A stretch of DNA of 64,000 bases from Marsupella aquatica (Eukaryota; Plantae; Marchantiophyta). Under the pieces are notes generated by a model. The model had not been told where the DNA came from. It worked only from the letters and a program-made list of their open reading frames with translations, and searched no databases. Positions 1-11,137 of this stretch are shown here, in pieces (position 1 is the first letter of the stretch; the number at the start of each line of letters is the position of its first letter). Made by a program: the position numbers and the translations under genes. The DNA is taken from contig CCZZQB010000054.1 of assembly GCA_973895155.1 (NCBI GenBank), positions 6,182 through 70,181 on the forward strand. Reading direction: 5' to 3'.

Positions 1-724
1 TGACCCGCACCTCATAATCAAACTCTTGGAGCAACAAGATCCACCTTGCCACTCTACCAGTTACATCAGGTTTATTCACCATATACTTGAGAGCATTGTG
101 ATCAGTATGGAAGACCACCTTGTAGCCCAACAAGTAGTGCCTAAACTTCTTACAAGAGTAGATGATGCCTAGAGCTTCTCTATCGGTTGGTGAGTAATTC
201 TTTTCAGCAGGTGCTAAAAGTCTACTTGCAAAATAGATAGGGTGATCCTTATTCTGGTCATCAAGTTGACTGAGCACCACACCAATACAAAAACCAGACA
301 CATCCACATACACATGGAATTCTCTACTCCAATCAGGTGCTATCAAGATAGGAGCTTCAATCAACCTGTTCTTCAACTCCTGGAAACTTGCTAGCCTCTC
401 AACTGAGGGTTCGACCTCAGCCCCCTTCTTAAGCATGCTGGTTAGGGGTAAAGCTACTTTAGCAAAGTCCTTAATGAACCTTCTATAGTAGTTTAAACAT
501 CCCAAGAATCCCCTTAACTCTGTTACTGAAGTTGGAAACTGGACAGCCATCCAAACAGCCACCTTTTCTTGATCCACTTCGATGCCTTTCTTGGATACCT
601 TGTGACCAGGTAGTATCCCTTCTTCCACACCAAAGAAGCACTTCCCTGGGTGAAGCTTCAAACCAACTTCCCTACATCTTTGGAAGGTCATCCTCAAATG
701 TTCAACATGGTCCTTCCTCCTTCC
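1..724 (-). pseudogene. Element C pol, RT C-terminus and RNase H (continuation of 11138-12567 after the copia A insertion)
   Basis: Reverse complement reads ...RKDHVEHLRMTFQRCREVGLKLHPGKC...GRVARWILLLQEFDYEVRV. It joins DDFAIFG at 11138 once element A and one TSD are removed. Confidence 0.9.
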
Positions 725-921
725 TGTTGTAAACCCTAGTTTACCCCTTAACCATAGGGCGAGAACCCTTAACCATAGTATGAGAACTCCTAACCATAGG
801 ACCAGTATAAGGGCATTTGCCTACCATGTAACCAAGGGGATATATATATCCCCTCATCAATAGTAATGGATCTATCTTGTTGGAGTATCTTTGAGTGTTC
901 CTTTAGTTGTCTATTACAACA
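725..921 (+). repeat. 5' LTR of element A (197 bp)
   Basis: TGTTG...CAACA; direct repeat of 10941-11137; TATA-rich palindrome at 836-853. Confidence 0.97.
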
Positions 922-935
922 CGTTATCAGCACGA
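922..935 (+). promoter_or_regulatory. Primer binding site of A, complementary to the anticodon arm (5' half) of tRNA-Ile
   Basis: CGTTATCAGCACGA directly after the LTR; it is the reverse complement of the plant tRNA-Ile(AAU) segment UCGUGCUAAUAACG with C opposite the wobble A. The tRNA sequence is recalled, not searched. Confidence 0.7.
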
Positions 936-1285
936 GCCAGTCTCTAAAATCATTTTTTTTTCAAGCAGATGCAATCGAGTTTTACACGAGGAGAATGCTC
1001 GTAAAGTGGCATTTTTTTTTAGAAACTGCCATAACCGTTTTTTTTTTCTTGGTCTCCATTCTTTTGCCTCAGAGTTGAATTTTTTTTACAAAACACGAAA
1101 TTTTTCACATAGAGCATCAATTCGGGACCAGCATATCGAGAGTCCAAAGGACTAATACTTTATTGGCATGATTGAAAGCTCCCTCAGCTCCATATACAAG
1201 CTTCCAACCGGTCAATTGTACAATCGAGATACTTCACTCGATTCAATCTTCACCAAAGTTCTTAAATCAACTGACATCCCGAATA

Positions 1286-3827
1286 ATGAATACAGTCGAA
1301 AAATTATTATGGCCAGCACTTAAAGTCGACGGATCCAACTATTTGACGTGGATCACAGATGTCGAAACTTACTTTACATCACAAGACCTTGAAGACACCT
1401 TAGATACCGACATCGATGTCACGCTCAAACAAAAGGCTAAGGCAGCGTTTCTACTCAGGCAACATCTAACCCCTCAACTAAAGAATGAGTATATGAACGA
1501 AATTAATCCAAGAAAACTATGGGATCTCCTCAAAGCCCGATTTGATCATATGAGGGAGATATGGCTCCCAGAGGCAAGAAGGGATTGGCATAACCTGCGC
1601 GTCATGGACCACACCACAATTGCCAATTACAATAGCGCACTGTGCAGAATTACATCTCAATTAGAAATGTGTGGACATCCAATAAATGACATAGATAGAA
1701 TCGATAAGACACTATCGACATTCCCTGAATCTAATATCACATTAGGTACACAATATAGGAACATGCGTTTCACTAAGTACTCAGATCTGATTGCTCACTT
1801 ACTTGTGGAAGAGAAGCAACAGATCGTGGCCTTGCAAAACGCCAGAAAGCGCCCAGCAGGATCAGACCCCCCACCACATCGACCTGAAACCCACTACACC
1901 AATTATGAAGACAAACAACGAGGAAATTACCGGGGCGGACGAACTCAATTCAGAGGCGGAAGAAACCAATTCAGGGGCGGGAGAAATCAATTCAGAGGAC
2001 AAGGCAAACCTTATAACCGACCCTCCGGATCCAATAACACGTGGCGCAGAGGCACCATGAATAATAGAGGAAGAGGACGAAGCAACCAATACGACACTGC
2101 AAACAATTCCCAGAAAATGTGTTACCGATGTGGCAAAATTGGCCACATTAGAAACGCATGTGCAGCCACAGAACAAGAGGCCCACAGATACATAAACGAC
2201 AGAAATAAGTCCAGACAAAACCCCCAAGGACATTATATGGAGATAGAAGAAGAATTGATTGCCTCTCAGAGAGAAGAAACACAAGAACAGATAGAAGTAC
2301 ATACCTCTCTTACTGACTGGAAATACCCGACATTAGACGACCCTGATACGGGCATCATCGACAGCGGAACCTCACATACTATCTTAAAACACAGCAAGTA
2401 TTTCGAGGCCATCACCCCATCATCCCGCGCTATCACCACCATAGCAGGACTTAATCATATAGAAGAAGGCAAAGGACGAGCCACATTTATACTACCAGGA
2501 GGAACTAAAATCACCGTGAAGTCAGCAATTTATGCCCCGAAAGCAACCCGAAACCTCATCAGCTTCCAGGATATCAGATCCAATAACCTCCAACTGCGCA
2601 CGAATACACAGGGCAAAACAGAGACATTACAGATCATACAAGACATACAGGGTAAGCCATCCATTAAAGAAACATTTGCATTGATCCCCCCAGGCCTATA
2701 CGCAACCAGTATCCAAACATTCCATATACACCAAGAATCAGAGGATATGACATACATCTGGCACTGTCGACTGGGCCACCCGGGTACCACTATGTACAAC
2801 AGGATTATAAGGGACTCCAAAGGAATCCCCAAGACAGTCAAGCCAAAGGTAAAAACAGCCTGCATAGCGTGCTCACAAGGAAAAATGACCATACGACCAT
2901 CAATACCAAAAACAATATTTTCAATACCACAGTTCCTAGAGCAGATCAATGCAGATATCTGCGGACCTATAGACCCCCCGAGCGGCCCTTTCAAATATTT
3001 CCTGGTAATCATCGACTCATCAACTAAATGGCTGCAGATTTCATTGCTATCTACCCGCAACTTGGCATTTGCGCGGATCTTAGCACATATTCTTAAATTA
3101 AGAGCACAGTTCCCAGAGTATCCTACAAGAAGATTAAGAGTAGATGGAGCTGGCGAGTTCACATCAAGAACATTCGACGACTTTTGCTGGGCAGCGGGCA
3201 TCGATACTCAATATCCAGTTCCCCACGTTCATTTTCAGAACGGTATAGCTGAGTCGGTTATTAAGAGACTTCAAATGGTGGCAAGACCACTGTTAATGAA
3301 GTCAAACTTACCCACATCAGCATGGGGACATGCCATCCTTCACGCAGCTGCACTAATCCAATATAGACCGTCAGCATATAACTCTAAGACACCATACCAC
3401 CTGGCGTTCGGCATACCACCGGACCTGTCCCACCTACGCGTTTTCGGATGCCAGGTAATGGTGCCTATCTTAGGACCAAAGAGAACAAAACTCGGACCCC
3501 AACGGAATGCAGGTATCTATGTTGGGTTTGACTCTACTTCGATCATTAGATACCTTGAACCGACTACGGCAGACCTGTTCAAGGCAAGACATCAGGACTG
3601 CCATTTTTATGAAGATCAATTCCCACAGCTCACGAATACAGCATCAACACAATCCAAGGACACAACGAAAATGCCCATAAATTGGAAAGCAGACCAAAAC
3701 AGAAATGACCCCAGAACCAAGCAGGCAGACGAAGAAGTCAGAAGACTTCTCCACCTACATGAAATGCTCGAAAAGATTCCAGACTCATTTAACAACGCTG
3801 CAAATGTCACAAGATCCCACAACTTAG
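1286..3827 (+). CDS. Element A gag-pol 5' part (Gag, CCHC knuckle, protease, GAG-pre-integrase, integrase), interrupted by B
   Basis: ORF 1172-3859 with probable ATG at 1286. Motifs CYRCGKIGHIRNAC, IIDSGTSH, WHCRLGHPG, CIACSQGK, RVDGAGEF, NGIAES. The last codons of the listed ORF come from the B LTR. Confidence 0.92.
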
Positions 3828-4249
3828 TGTTGGGGTATTTACTCTTACGTCTAGGTTAGGTATGACGTGGTTGGTACAACAACGTGGGTTGGTACAACTA
3901 CGTGGTTAGGTACAACTACGTGATTAGGTACAACTATGTGGTTAGGTACAACTACGTAATTAGGTACAACTATGTGGTTAGGTACAACTAAGTTGCACAC
4001 TATATCATAAGAGGCATGTGTGCTTGGAGAGGTAGAACCAAGGCTCATTGTTATGGAGCCACTTGAGAGATAGGGAGAGCTTACACTGTGGAGACTCGGT
4101 ATAGCCGACGGGCTTAGAGTTCAGTAAAGCTCTCTTGTGTGTTCCCGTGGACGTAGCCTCAAGGAGGTGAACCACGTATCTCTTGTGTCGACTATTGTGC
4201 GTTGGATGGTTCATGGGCTTGCCGTTGCGATCGTCGTCTATGCTCAACA
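3828..4249 (+). repeat. 5' LTR of element B
   Basis: TGTTG...CAACA, repeated at 7939-8359. Confidence 0.96.
3867..3990 (+). repeat. About 7 copies of an 18-bp tandem repeat (CGTGGTTAGGTACAACTA) in U3 of the B LTR; also at about 7978-8101
   Basis: Directly visible. Confidence 0.9.
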
Positions 4250-4251
4250 AT

Positions 4252-4263
4252 TGGTATCAGAGC
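4252..4263 (+). promoter_or_regulatory. PBS of element B (initiator tRNA-Met)
   Basis: TGGTATCAGAGC, 2 nt after the LTR end. Confidence 0.95.
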
Positions 4264-4955
4264 ATGCTTGGGAGGTGACGTGTGTTCGTGACGGGATTTC
4301 ATGACGGTTTTTCCAGCGTTGAGTGTTGGTGGATTTTCCAGAGTTCCATCGCATGGAACTTGGAGTTTATGGGCTCAACGGATAGATCAGGGCAAGAGCT
4401 TTCTAACGGTGTGAAGAAATCGTTGAACGGAGCTCGTGGTGCAGAGAGATCTAAGTTTTCGTCGTTCTGGATTTTGTGAAGAAAGTTGGCAATCGACTCG
4501 GAGGGAGAAGCGTCAAGTGTTTTGACTCAACGGAGAGATTGAGGCAAGACGATTGTTTTTGAGTCCGGGATTGGCTCTTTGATGCAAAGAGGAAGGCTAA
4601 GCAAAATCAATTACCTTGTTGGACTTGGTGACGGCACCAAGTGCAATTGATCAACATTCGTTGTTGACAAGTGAGGTCGTAGCCATTGAAGTTGGCAATG
4701 CAGCACACCAATCACATCGCAATTCCGACAACGGGTTGTACTTGGTATTTCGGTTATTCCCTGAGGTGGTCAAAACGGGGGAGTTTCCCAAGGTTTTACC
4801 CACCTCGACCGAAATTTGAATAACTTTTCCGTCAAATTTCGATTTTGATTTTGGTTTTCAGTATTGGACTCCTAGCTTTGTGGGCTACGCGGCGGTGTTG
4901 AGTTTCGAGTTTTTTGAGAAGTTGTGAAAAACAACATTTTTTGTGACTTTCTCAT

Positions 4956-5428
4956 ATGAGTGATTCGGAGGAGTTTTTCGAAGACGTGGAACTTGAAGCA
5001 CGAGGATCACCACGGAGGTTTCAGGGGCAGAGAGAGGAGCAGGAGGAAGAGCACGTGACACCGATACCATCACCGGTGCGGCGTGTGGTGGAGGAAGCAG
5101 TACTACTACCGGAGCTCACGGTAAAGAAGAAGATGGGGACTTTCAAGCTTGGGGGACCCAAGTATGAAGTGACAAAGTATGATGGGCGCTCTGACTACTT
5201 GCTATGGGAGAAGCAGGTGAAGGGAGTGCTTTATGCGTCAGGGATGGGCCAACTGCTGAGCCCTCGTGAAGACGATGTTGATGAGAAACAATGGGACCGC
5301 ATGCAGGAGCAGGGAGTGTGGTGTGTTACACTCTATCTCATGCCTCCCATCATCAAGCAGTTAGGTGCACATAAGGATTGCATGTCCTTGTTTGCGGAAT
5401 TGCAGAGCAAGTATCACCGCAAGGAGTT
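4956..5428 (+). pseudogene. Truncated gag of element B
   Basis: KYEVTKYDGRSDYLLWEKQVKGVL resembles a copia Gag N-terminus; it is cut at 5429 by LTR-derived sequence. Confidence 0.85.
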
Positions 5429-5661
5429 GTAGAACCAAGGCTCATTGTTATGGAGCCACTTGAGAGATAGGGAGAGCTTACACTGTGGAGACTCGGTATA
5501 GCCGACGGGCTTAGAGTTCAGTAAAGCTCTCTTGTGTGTTCCCGTGGACGTAGCCTCAAGGAGGTGAACCACGTATCTCTTGTGTCGACTATTGTGCGTT
5601 GGATGGTTCATGGGCTTGCCGTTGCGATCGTCGTCTATGCTCAACAATTGGTATCAGAGCA
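5429..5661 (+). repeat. Internal copy of the B LTR 3' part (R-U5) plus PBS
   Basis: Matches 4032-4264. Confidence 0.95.
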
Positions 5662-7747
5662 GAATAAGACCAAGTTGGATCCTACCTCCAGGAAATGTGT
5701 TTTTCTTGGGTACCAGAGTGGTGTGAAAGCCTATAGGCTATGGGATCCTATTGCCTGTAAGCTCGTTGTCAATAGGGATGTTTCCTTCAATGAATCCAGA
5801 TTATTGAAGGAGGGGGAGAATACTCAGGTCTCCCGTACTGACAAAGGAAAATCTCCTATCCCGGATCTCGTTGAGGGGGAGATTGGTTATGAGGTGCATG
5901 ACCGGAGAGAAGGAGTTGCTCCAATTATGGAGCTGGTTCCTGTGCCAGAGGAACCAGAGGAGTTTGTTGATGCTGGTGAGCAGCAAGTGGATGCTGTTGA
6001 GCTTCAAATTGTACCAGCACACGCAGATCAACCGGAGTCATCGGCTAGAAGAACATCTGGTCGCACTGTACGCGCTCCATCAAGGTATGGACAGTGGGTT
6101 GATTCATCTCAACTGCAAGAGGATGATTTTACAGCTGATGATGAGGGTGATGCGTTAATTTTGGAAGAAGGAGAACCTTCTTCATTTCATGAGGCAAGTG
6201 CTTCAAAGGAGAAGCAGAAGTGGACTGCAGCAATGCAAACAGAGATGCAGTCACTAAAGGACAACAAAACTTGGGAGCTTGTTAAGCTGCCTAAGGGTCA
6301 GCAAGTGGTGGACAGCAAGTGGATTTACAAGCTGAAGGATAATTCCATAGGAGGTGGATCGAAGGTCTACAAGGCTAGATTGGTAGCAAAGGGATTCACA
6401 CAAGAGGAAGGTGTGGATTACAATGAGGTCTTCTCACCAGTTGCTAATTACTCTACAATACGACTATTGTGTGTACTTGTTGTAATGTTTGGTCTGCTCC
6501 TAGATCAGATGGATGTTGTCACAGCTTTCCTCTATGGCACATTGGAAGAGGTGATCTTCATGAGACAACCGCTAGGTTTTGTGAAGAGAGGACAGGAGGA
6601 ATTGGTTTGCAGATTGCTGAAATCCTTGTATGGGTTGAAGCAGTCACCAAGACAGTGGAACAAGCGGTTTGACGATTGGATTCGGTCACAAGGTTTTCAC
6701 AGAAGTGTATTTGACCCTTGTGTGTATTTGAAACCGGTGAAGAATGTTGTCTTTGGGTTCATTGTTTTAGTACTTTATGTGGATGACATGCTAATTGCAG
6801 CCAAGGATAGGTCTGAGATTGTTAAGCTCAAGGCACTGCTTAGTGCAGAGTTTAAGATGAAGGACTTAGGGCCAGCTAAGAGGATTTTGGGTATGGAGAT
6901 CACTAGGGACTTGGAGGCTGGCAAGCTATGGTTGACGCAGAGCAGTTATGCGAGGAAGGTAATTGCAAGGTTCAACATGGAGAATAGCAAGCCAGTAAGT
7001 ACCCCGTTGGCTCCACACTTCAAGTTATCATCAGCGTTCTGTCCTACGGATGACACAGAGAAGGGGTTGATGTCAAAGGTTCCATATGACAAGGCAGTGG
7101 GGAGTCTCATGTATTTGATGACTTGCACTAGACCTGATCTTGCCATGGCTATGGGCAAGGTGAGCAGGTACATGTCGAATCCAGGGAAGATACACTGGGA
7201 AGCAGTGAAGTGGATTATCAGGTACTTGAAGGGTACCGTGGATCATGGTCTTTTATTTGATGCGAATGCAAAGAATGCTAGATCATTGATTGGCTATGTA
7301 GATTCTGACTATGGACAAGATTTGGACCGAAGGAGATCAACAACAGGATACGTGTTCACACTTGGCGGTGGATGCATAAGTTGGAGGTCTACTTTGCAGA
7401 AGTGTATTGCTCAGTCTACTACAGAAGCGGAGTATGTTGCAGCTGCGGAAGCGATTTGGTTGGATAGACTTATCACTGAAATGGGATTGCCACAGGGGAA
7501 TGTGAAGCTCCATTGTGATAGTCAAAGTGCGCTCCACCTTGCTGTGAACCAGGTGATGGACAGCAGAGTGAAGCACATTGACGTCAGGTACCATTTTATC
7601 AGGCAGGCTGTGTCTGATAATTTGTTTGAGCTAGTCAAGATTGATGGTAAACTCAACCCGGCTGACGCATTTACCAAAGTGATTCCTTTGGAGAGTTTCT
7701 CTAGACACCGTGACGTATTGCAGGTTTTGCAATTGCATCACAAGTAG
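5662..7747 (+). pseudogene. Element B pol remnant (integrase C-terminus, RT, RNase H)
   Basis: Motifs KLDPTSRKCVFLGY, YKARLVAKGFTQ, LYGLKQSPRQW, LYVDDML, GYVDSD, KHIDVRYHF. Protease and the integrase core are missing. Confidence 0.92.
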
Positions 7748-7938
7748 AGTTTTCTTAAACATTCATTGTAATTACTGATATATGCTCTTCCTCATTCCTA
7801 TGTATTAGGCTACGGCTTAGTTCTGGTTTGCTCTAGTTAGAGAGGGAAACCGGTTTGGTTTCTGTCCAGAACTTCCCGCTGAGGGATCATATACATTGGC
7901 AGTATTACTCTCCCCTAGACCAGAGTCAAGGGGAAGAT

Positions 7939-8359
7939 TGTTGGGTATTTACTCTTACGTCTAGGTTAGGTATGACGTGGTTGGTACAACAACGTGGGTT
8001 GGTACAACTACGTGGTTAGGTACAACTACGTGATTAGGTACAACTATGTGGTTAGGTACAACTACGTAATTAGGTACAACTATGTGGTTAGGTACAACTA
8101 AGTTGCACACTATATCATAAGAGGCATGTGTGCTTGGAGAGGTAGAACCAAGGCTCATTGTTATGGAGCCACTTGAGAGATAGGGAGAGCTTACACTGTG
8201 GAGACTCGGTATAGCCGACGGGCTTAGAGTTCAGTAAAGCTCTCTTGTGTGTTCCCGTGGACGTAGCCTCAAGGAGGTGAACCACGTATCTCTTGTGTCG
8301 ACTATTGTGCGTTGGATGGTTCATGGGCTTGCCGTTGCGATCGTCGTCTATGCTCAACA
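7939..8359 (+). repeat. 3' LTR of element B
   Basis: Direct repeat of 3828-4249. Confidence 0.96.
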
Positions 8360-8364
8360 CTTAG

Positions 8365-10436
8365 CAGCTAATGCGCCATCGCGAGTACAAACCTCCTCGA
8401 CACCGGCCAATGTAACAGCCCCCAGAGCAAAGCGAGGCAGACCACCAGGGATCAAGGACTCCCAGCCTCGCCAACATAAAACTCCAGCAGCAAACTTGGG
8501 TACACCCGCGCTGGAACCAGCGATCACACTTAACGTGACAGCGATAAATCAAAACGACCCACTGAGCGAAGAAAACGAGGAAATGTCAATCACATACATG
8601 CAAACAGGTAACATATATAAACGACCGACAACCCAAATTGATGAACAATTTGCCTATAACGTAATACAGGAAATCACCAACGATATTCCTGATCCGCTCA
8701 CTATAAACGAGGCAAAGAAACAACCAGATTGGCCAAAGTGGCAAGCAGCAATACATACCGAGATGGACGCCCTCATCAAGCGACAAGTATTCGGACCATT
8801 TAAAATGGCATTACCAGGTACACATTACACCGACTCTCGATTTACATTCTTGAAAAAACGAAATGAGAAAGGCATAGTAGTAAGATATCGAGCCCGGCTA
8901 GTAGCCAAAGGCTACACACAAATCCCGGGCAGGGACTACGATTTAACATACTCACCAGTAATGGACGCTACTACATATCGCTATCTCACAGCACATTCAG
9001 TCCACCATAAACTGGTTAATAACCTTATGGACGTGGTAACCGCGTACCTTTACGGCACACTCGATACTGAGATATACATGACTGCCCCCCCGGAACTGAT
9101 AGAGAGGGTCAAGCAGCACATTCAGGGGGAGACGTCCCAGAACCTGAATACAGAGATTAAAAAGGGCATCAGCCAAATAATACCTGATGGGGATACAAAG
9201 GCCCTCTTGATGCAAAGTGGAAATACACAGGCAATGCATACCAGAGGAAAGAAATTAACAACAAAACTAACAGTCCAAGTGTTACGTTCCATCAACGGAC
9301 TTAAACAGAGCGGCAGAATCTGGTATCAGAAATTCCAGACAGAGATGCTCGCCCTCGGATTTACAAATAGCGGACTGGCACCCTGCATCTTCATCAAAAA
9401 GCATATGGACGAAGTCCTGATACTAGCACTGTACGTGGACGATGTGAACTTATTCGGGACTAAACAGATGATGAAAGACACAATACATACACTGAAAGGA
9501 GTCTTCGAGATGAAGGACCTTGGAAGACCCAACCACTGCCTAGGCCTGCAGATCGAACACTTAGAAACAGGCATATTCCTTTACCAATCGACATACACGC
9601 AGAAGATACTTCATCAATTCAACATGCAGAAATCCTACCCTGTCTCCACCCCGATGGAACTCAGATCTCTAGACCCGATCAAAGATATGTTTCGGAAGCG
9701 CCAAGAAGACGAACCCATACTGGGATCAGAAAAACCGTACCTATCAGCGATGGGTGCCCTTATGTATCTAGCGAACCAGACGAGACCTGACATATCGTTC
9801 GCCGTCAGTCTCTTAGCGAGACACAGCGCACAGCCCACCATCAGGCATTGGAACGGCATCAAGAGGATCATGAGATACCTACAAGGGACGATCGACCTTA
9901 GACTATTCTTTCCTAAGAATAGCCCCGATACGCTTACCGGTTACACTGATGCCGGCTACCTGTCGGACCCCCAGGACTCCAAATCACAGACTGGGTACGT
10001 GTTCTTACAGGGGACGACAGCAATATCTTGGCGAAGTTCAAAGCAAACGATGACCACAACGTCATCCAACCACTCGGAAATCATAGCGTTATACGAGGCG
10101 TGCAGAGAAGCTGTATGGCTACGAAGCATTATCAATCATATTAGGTCCAGCACCGGTAAACCACAGATAACAGAGCCAACCACAATCTACGAAGACAATA
10201 AGGCGTGTATCGACCAGATAACCAACGGAATCCTGAAGACCGAGAGGACCAAGCATATTGACCCCAAGTATTTCTTCACGCAAGAACAACAAGGGAAAAG
10301 TATCAATGTTGCATGGATCAAATCTCAGGACAATCGAGCAGACATGTTTACGAAACCACTACCAGCCGGATTGCACAGAGCGCACCTCGAAGGTATAGGC
10401 ATGAGCAGATTGTCCACGATCAAGCCCACCTCATAA
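8365..10436 (+). CDS. Element A pol 3' part (RT, RNase H)
   Basis: In frame with the 5' part after removing B (SHN-LAANAPSRV). Motifs RARLVAKGYTQ, MDVVTAYLYG, LYVDD, GYTDAGY, TKHID. Confidence 0.93.
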
Positions 10437-10940
10437 CACTGAAGCTCGAAAGGATTACCCAACGACGAAACTGTCGCCCGATGAAGCCGCCTCCAGATGC
10501 CCGACCACCACACTCGGCGAGCGCCACACCACATCCCCGACGTGAAACAACGCAAACCAACGCAAAAACGCCCGACTTGGCCTCACTAACCCAAAGCACA
10601 ACACGAAGCGAAGCGCAATACGCAAAACGACATGAAGAACAACACGAGACGCACACCAGGCAACGAGCTGAGGGGGAGACTAGACACCCATTAGGAACAT
10701 TCACATAACCCCACTTAGCACATACGATCAACACTAACTAAGACATGGCAAAAAGGCTTAACCAGGACATTAGATATGGGAAACCACCTATATAAGTGAT
10801 GGTAGCACTCTTTCCTCGAGAAGAAAGCGGCGAGGTTTTAATGAGGCTACATCACACAGGTGGACCCCTAAACCGGATTATACCCTAGGTTCAAGAGATG
10901 TGGTTACTTTATGCTCCTCCATAAACTAACCAAGGGGGAG

Positions 10941-11137
10941 TGTTGTAAACCCTAGTTTACCCCTTAACCATAGGGCGAGAACCCTTAACCATAGTATGAG
11001 AACTCCTAACCATAGGACCAGTATAAGGGCATTTGCCTACCATGTAACCAAGGGGATATATATATCCCCTCATCAATAGTAATGGATCTATCTTGTTGGA
11101 GTATCTTTGAGTGTTCCTTTAGTTGTCTATTACAACA
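10941..11137 (+). repeat. 3' LTR of element A
   Basis: Direct repeat of 725-921, preceded by the PPT and followed by the TSD. Confidence 0.97.

Larger units (their letters stand above)
3828..8359 (+). mobile_element. Element B: Tork/Tnt1-like Ty1/copia, internally rearranged and non-autonomous, nested in A
   Basis: LTRs 3828-4249 (422 bp) and 7939-8359 (421 bp, one G fewer). TSD CTTAG at 3823-3827 and 8360-8364; PBS TGGTATCAGAGC at 4252-4263; PPT at 7928-7938. Confidence 0.95.
725..11137 (+). mobile_element. Element A: Bianca-like Ty1/copia LTR retrotransposon, full length, inserted in the RT of element C
   Basis: 197-bp LTRs at 725-921 and 10941-11137 look identical. TSD CTTCC at 720-724 and 11138-11142; PPT AAGGGGGAG at 10932-10940. 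Gag (ALKVDGSNYLTW) and IN (ADICGPIDPPSGPFKYFLV) resemble the Bianca lineage. Confidence 0.95.

Noticed and set aside
3867-3990. Repeat arrays (also 16025-16232, 19274-19539, 53387-53760) as possible CRISPR arrays
   Set aside because: They lack the constant repeat plus unique spacer structure of about 30-40 nt, there are no cas genes, and all lie inside LTRs.
5534-5661. N-termini of ORFs 5534-7747 and 8247-10436 (MCSRGRSLKE...) as real fusion proteins
   Set aside because: They start at TTG codons within B LTR sequence that happens to be in frame with downstream pol; nothing supports their translation.
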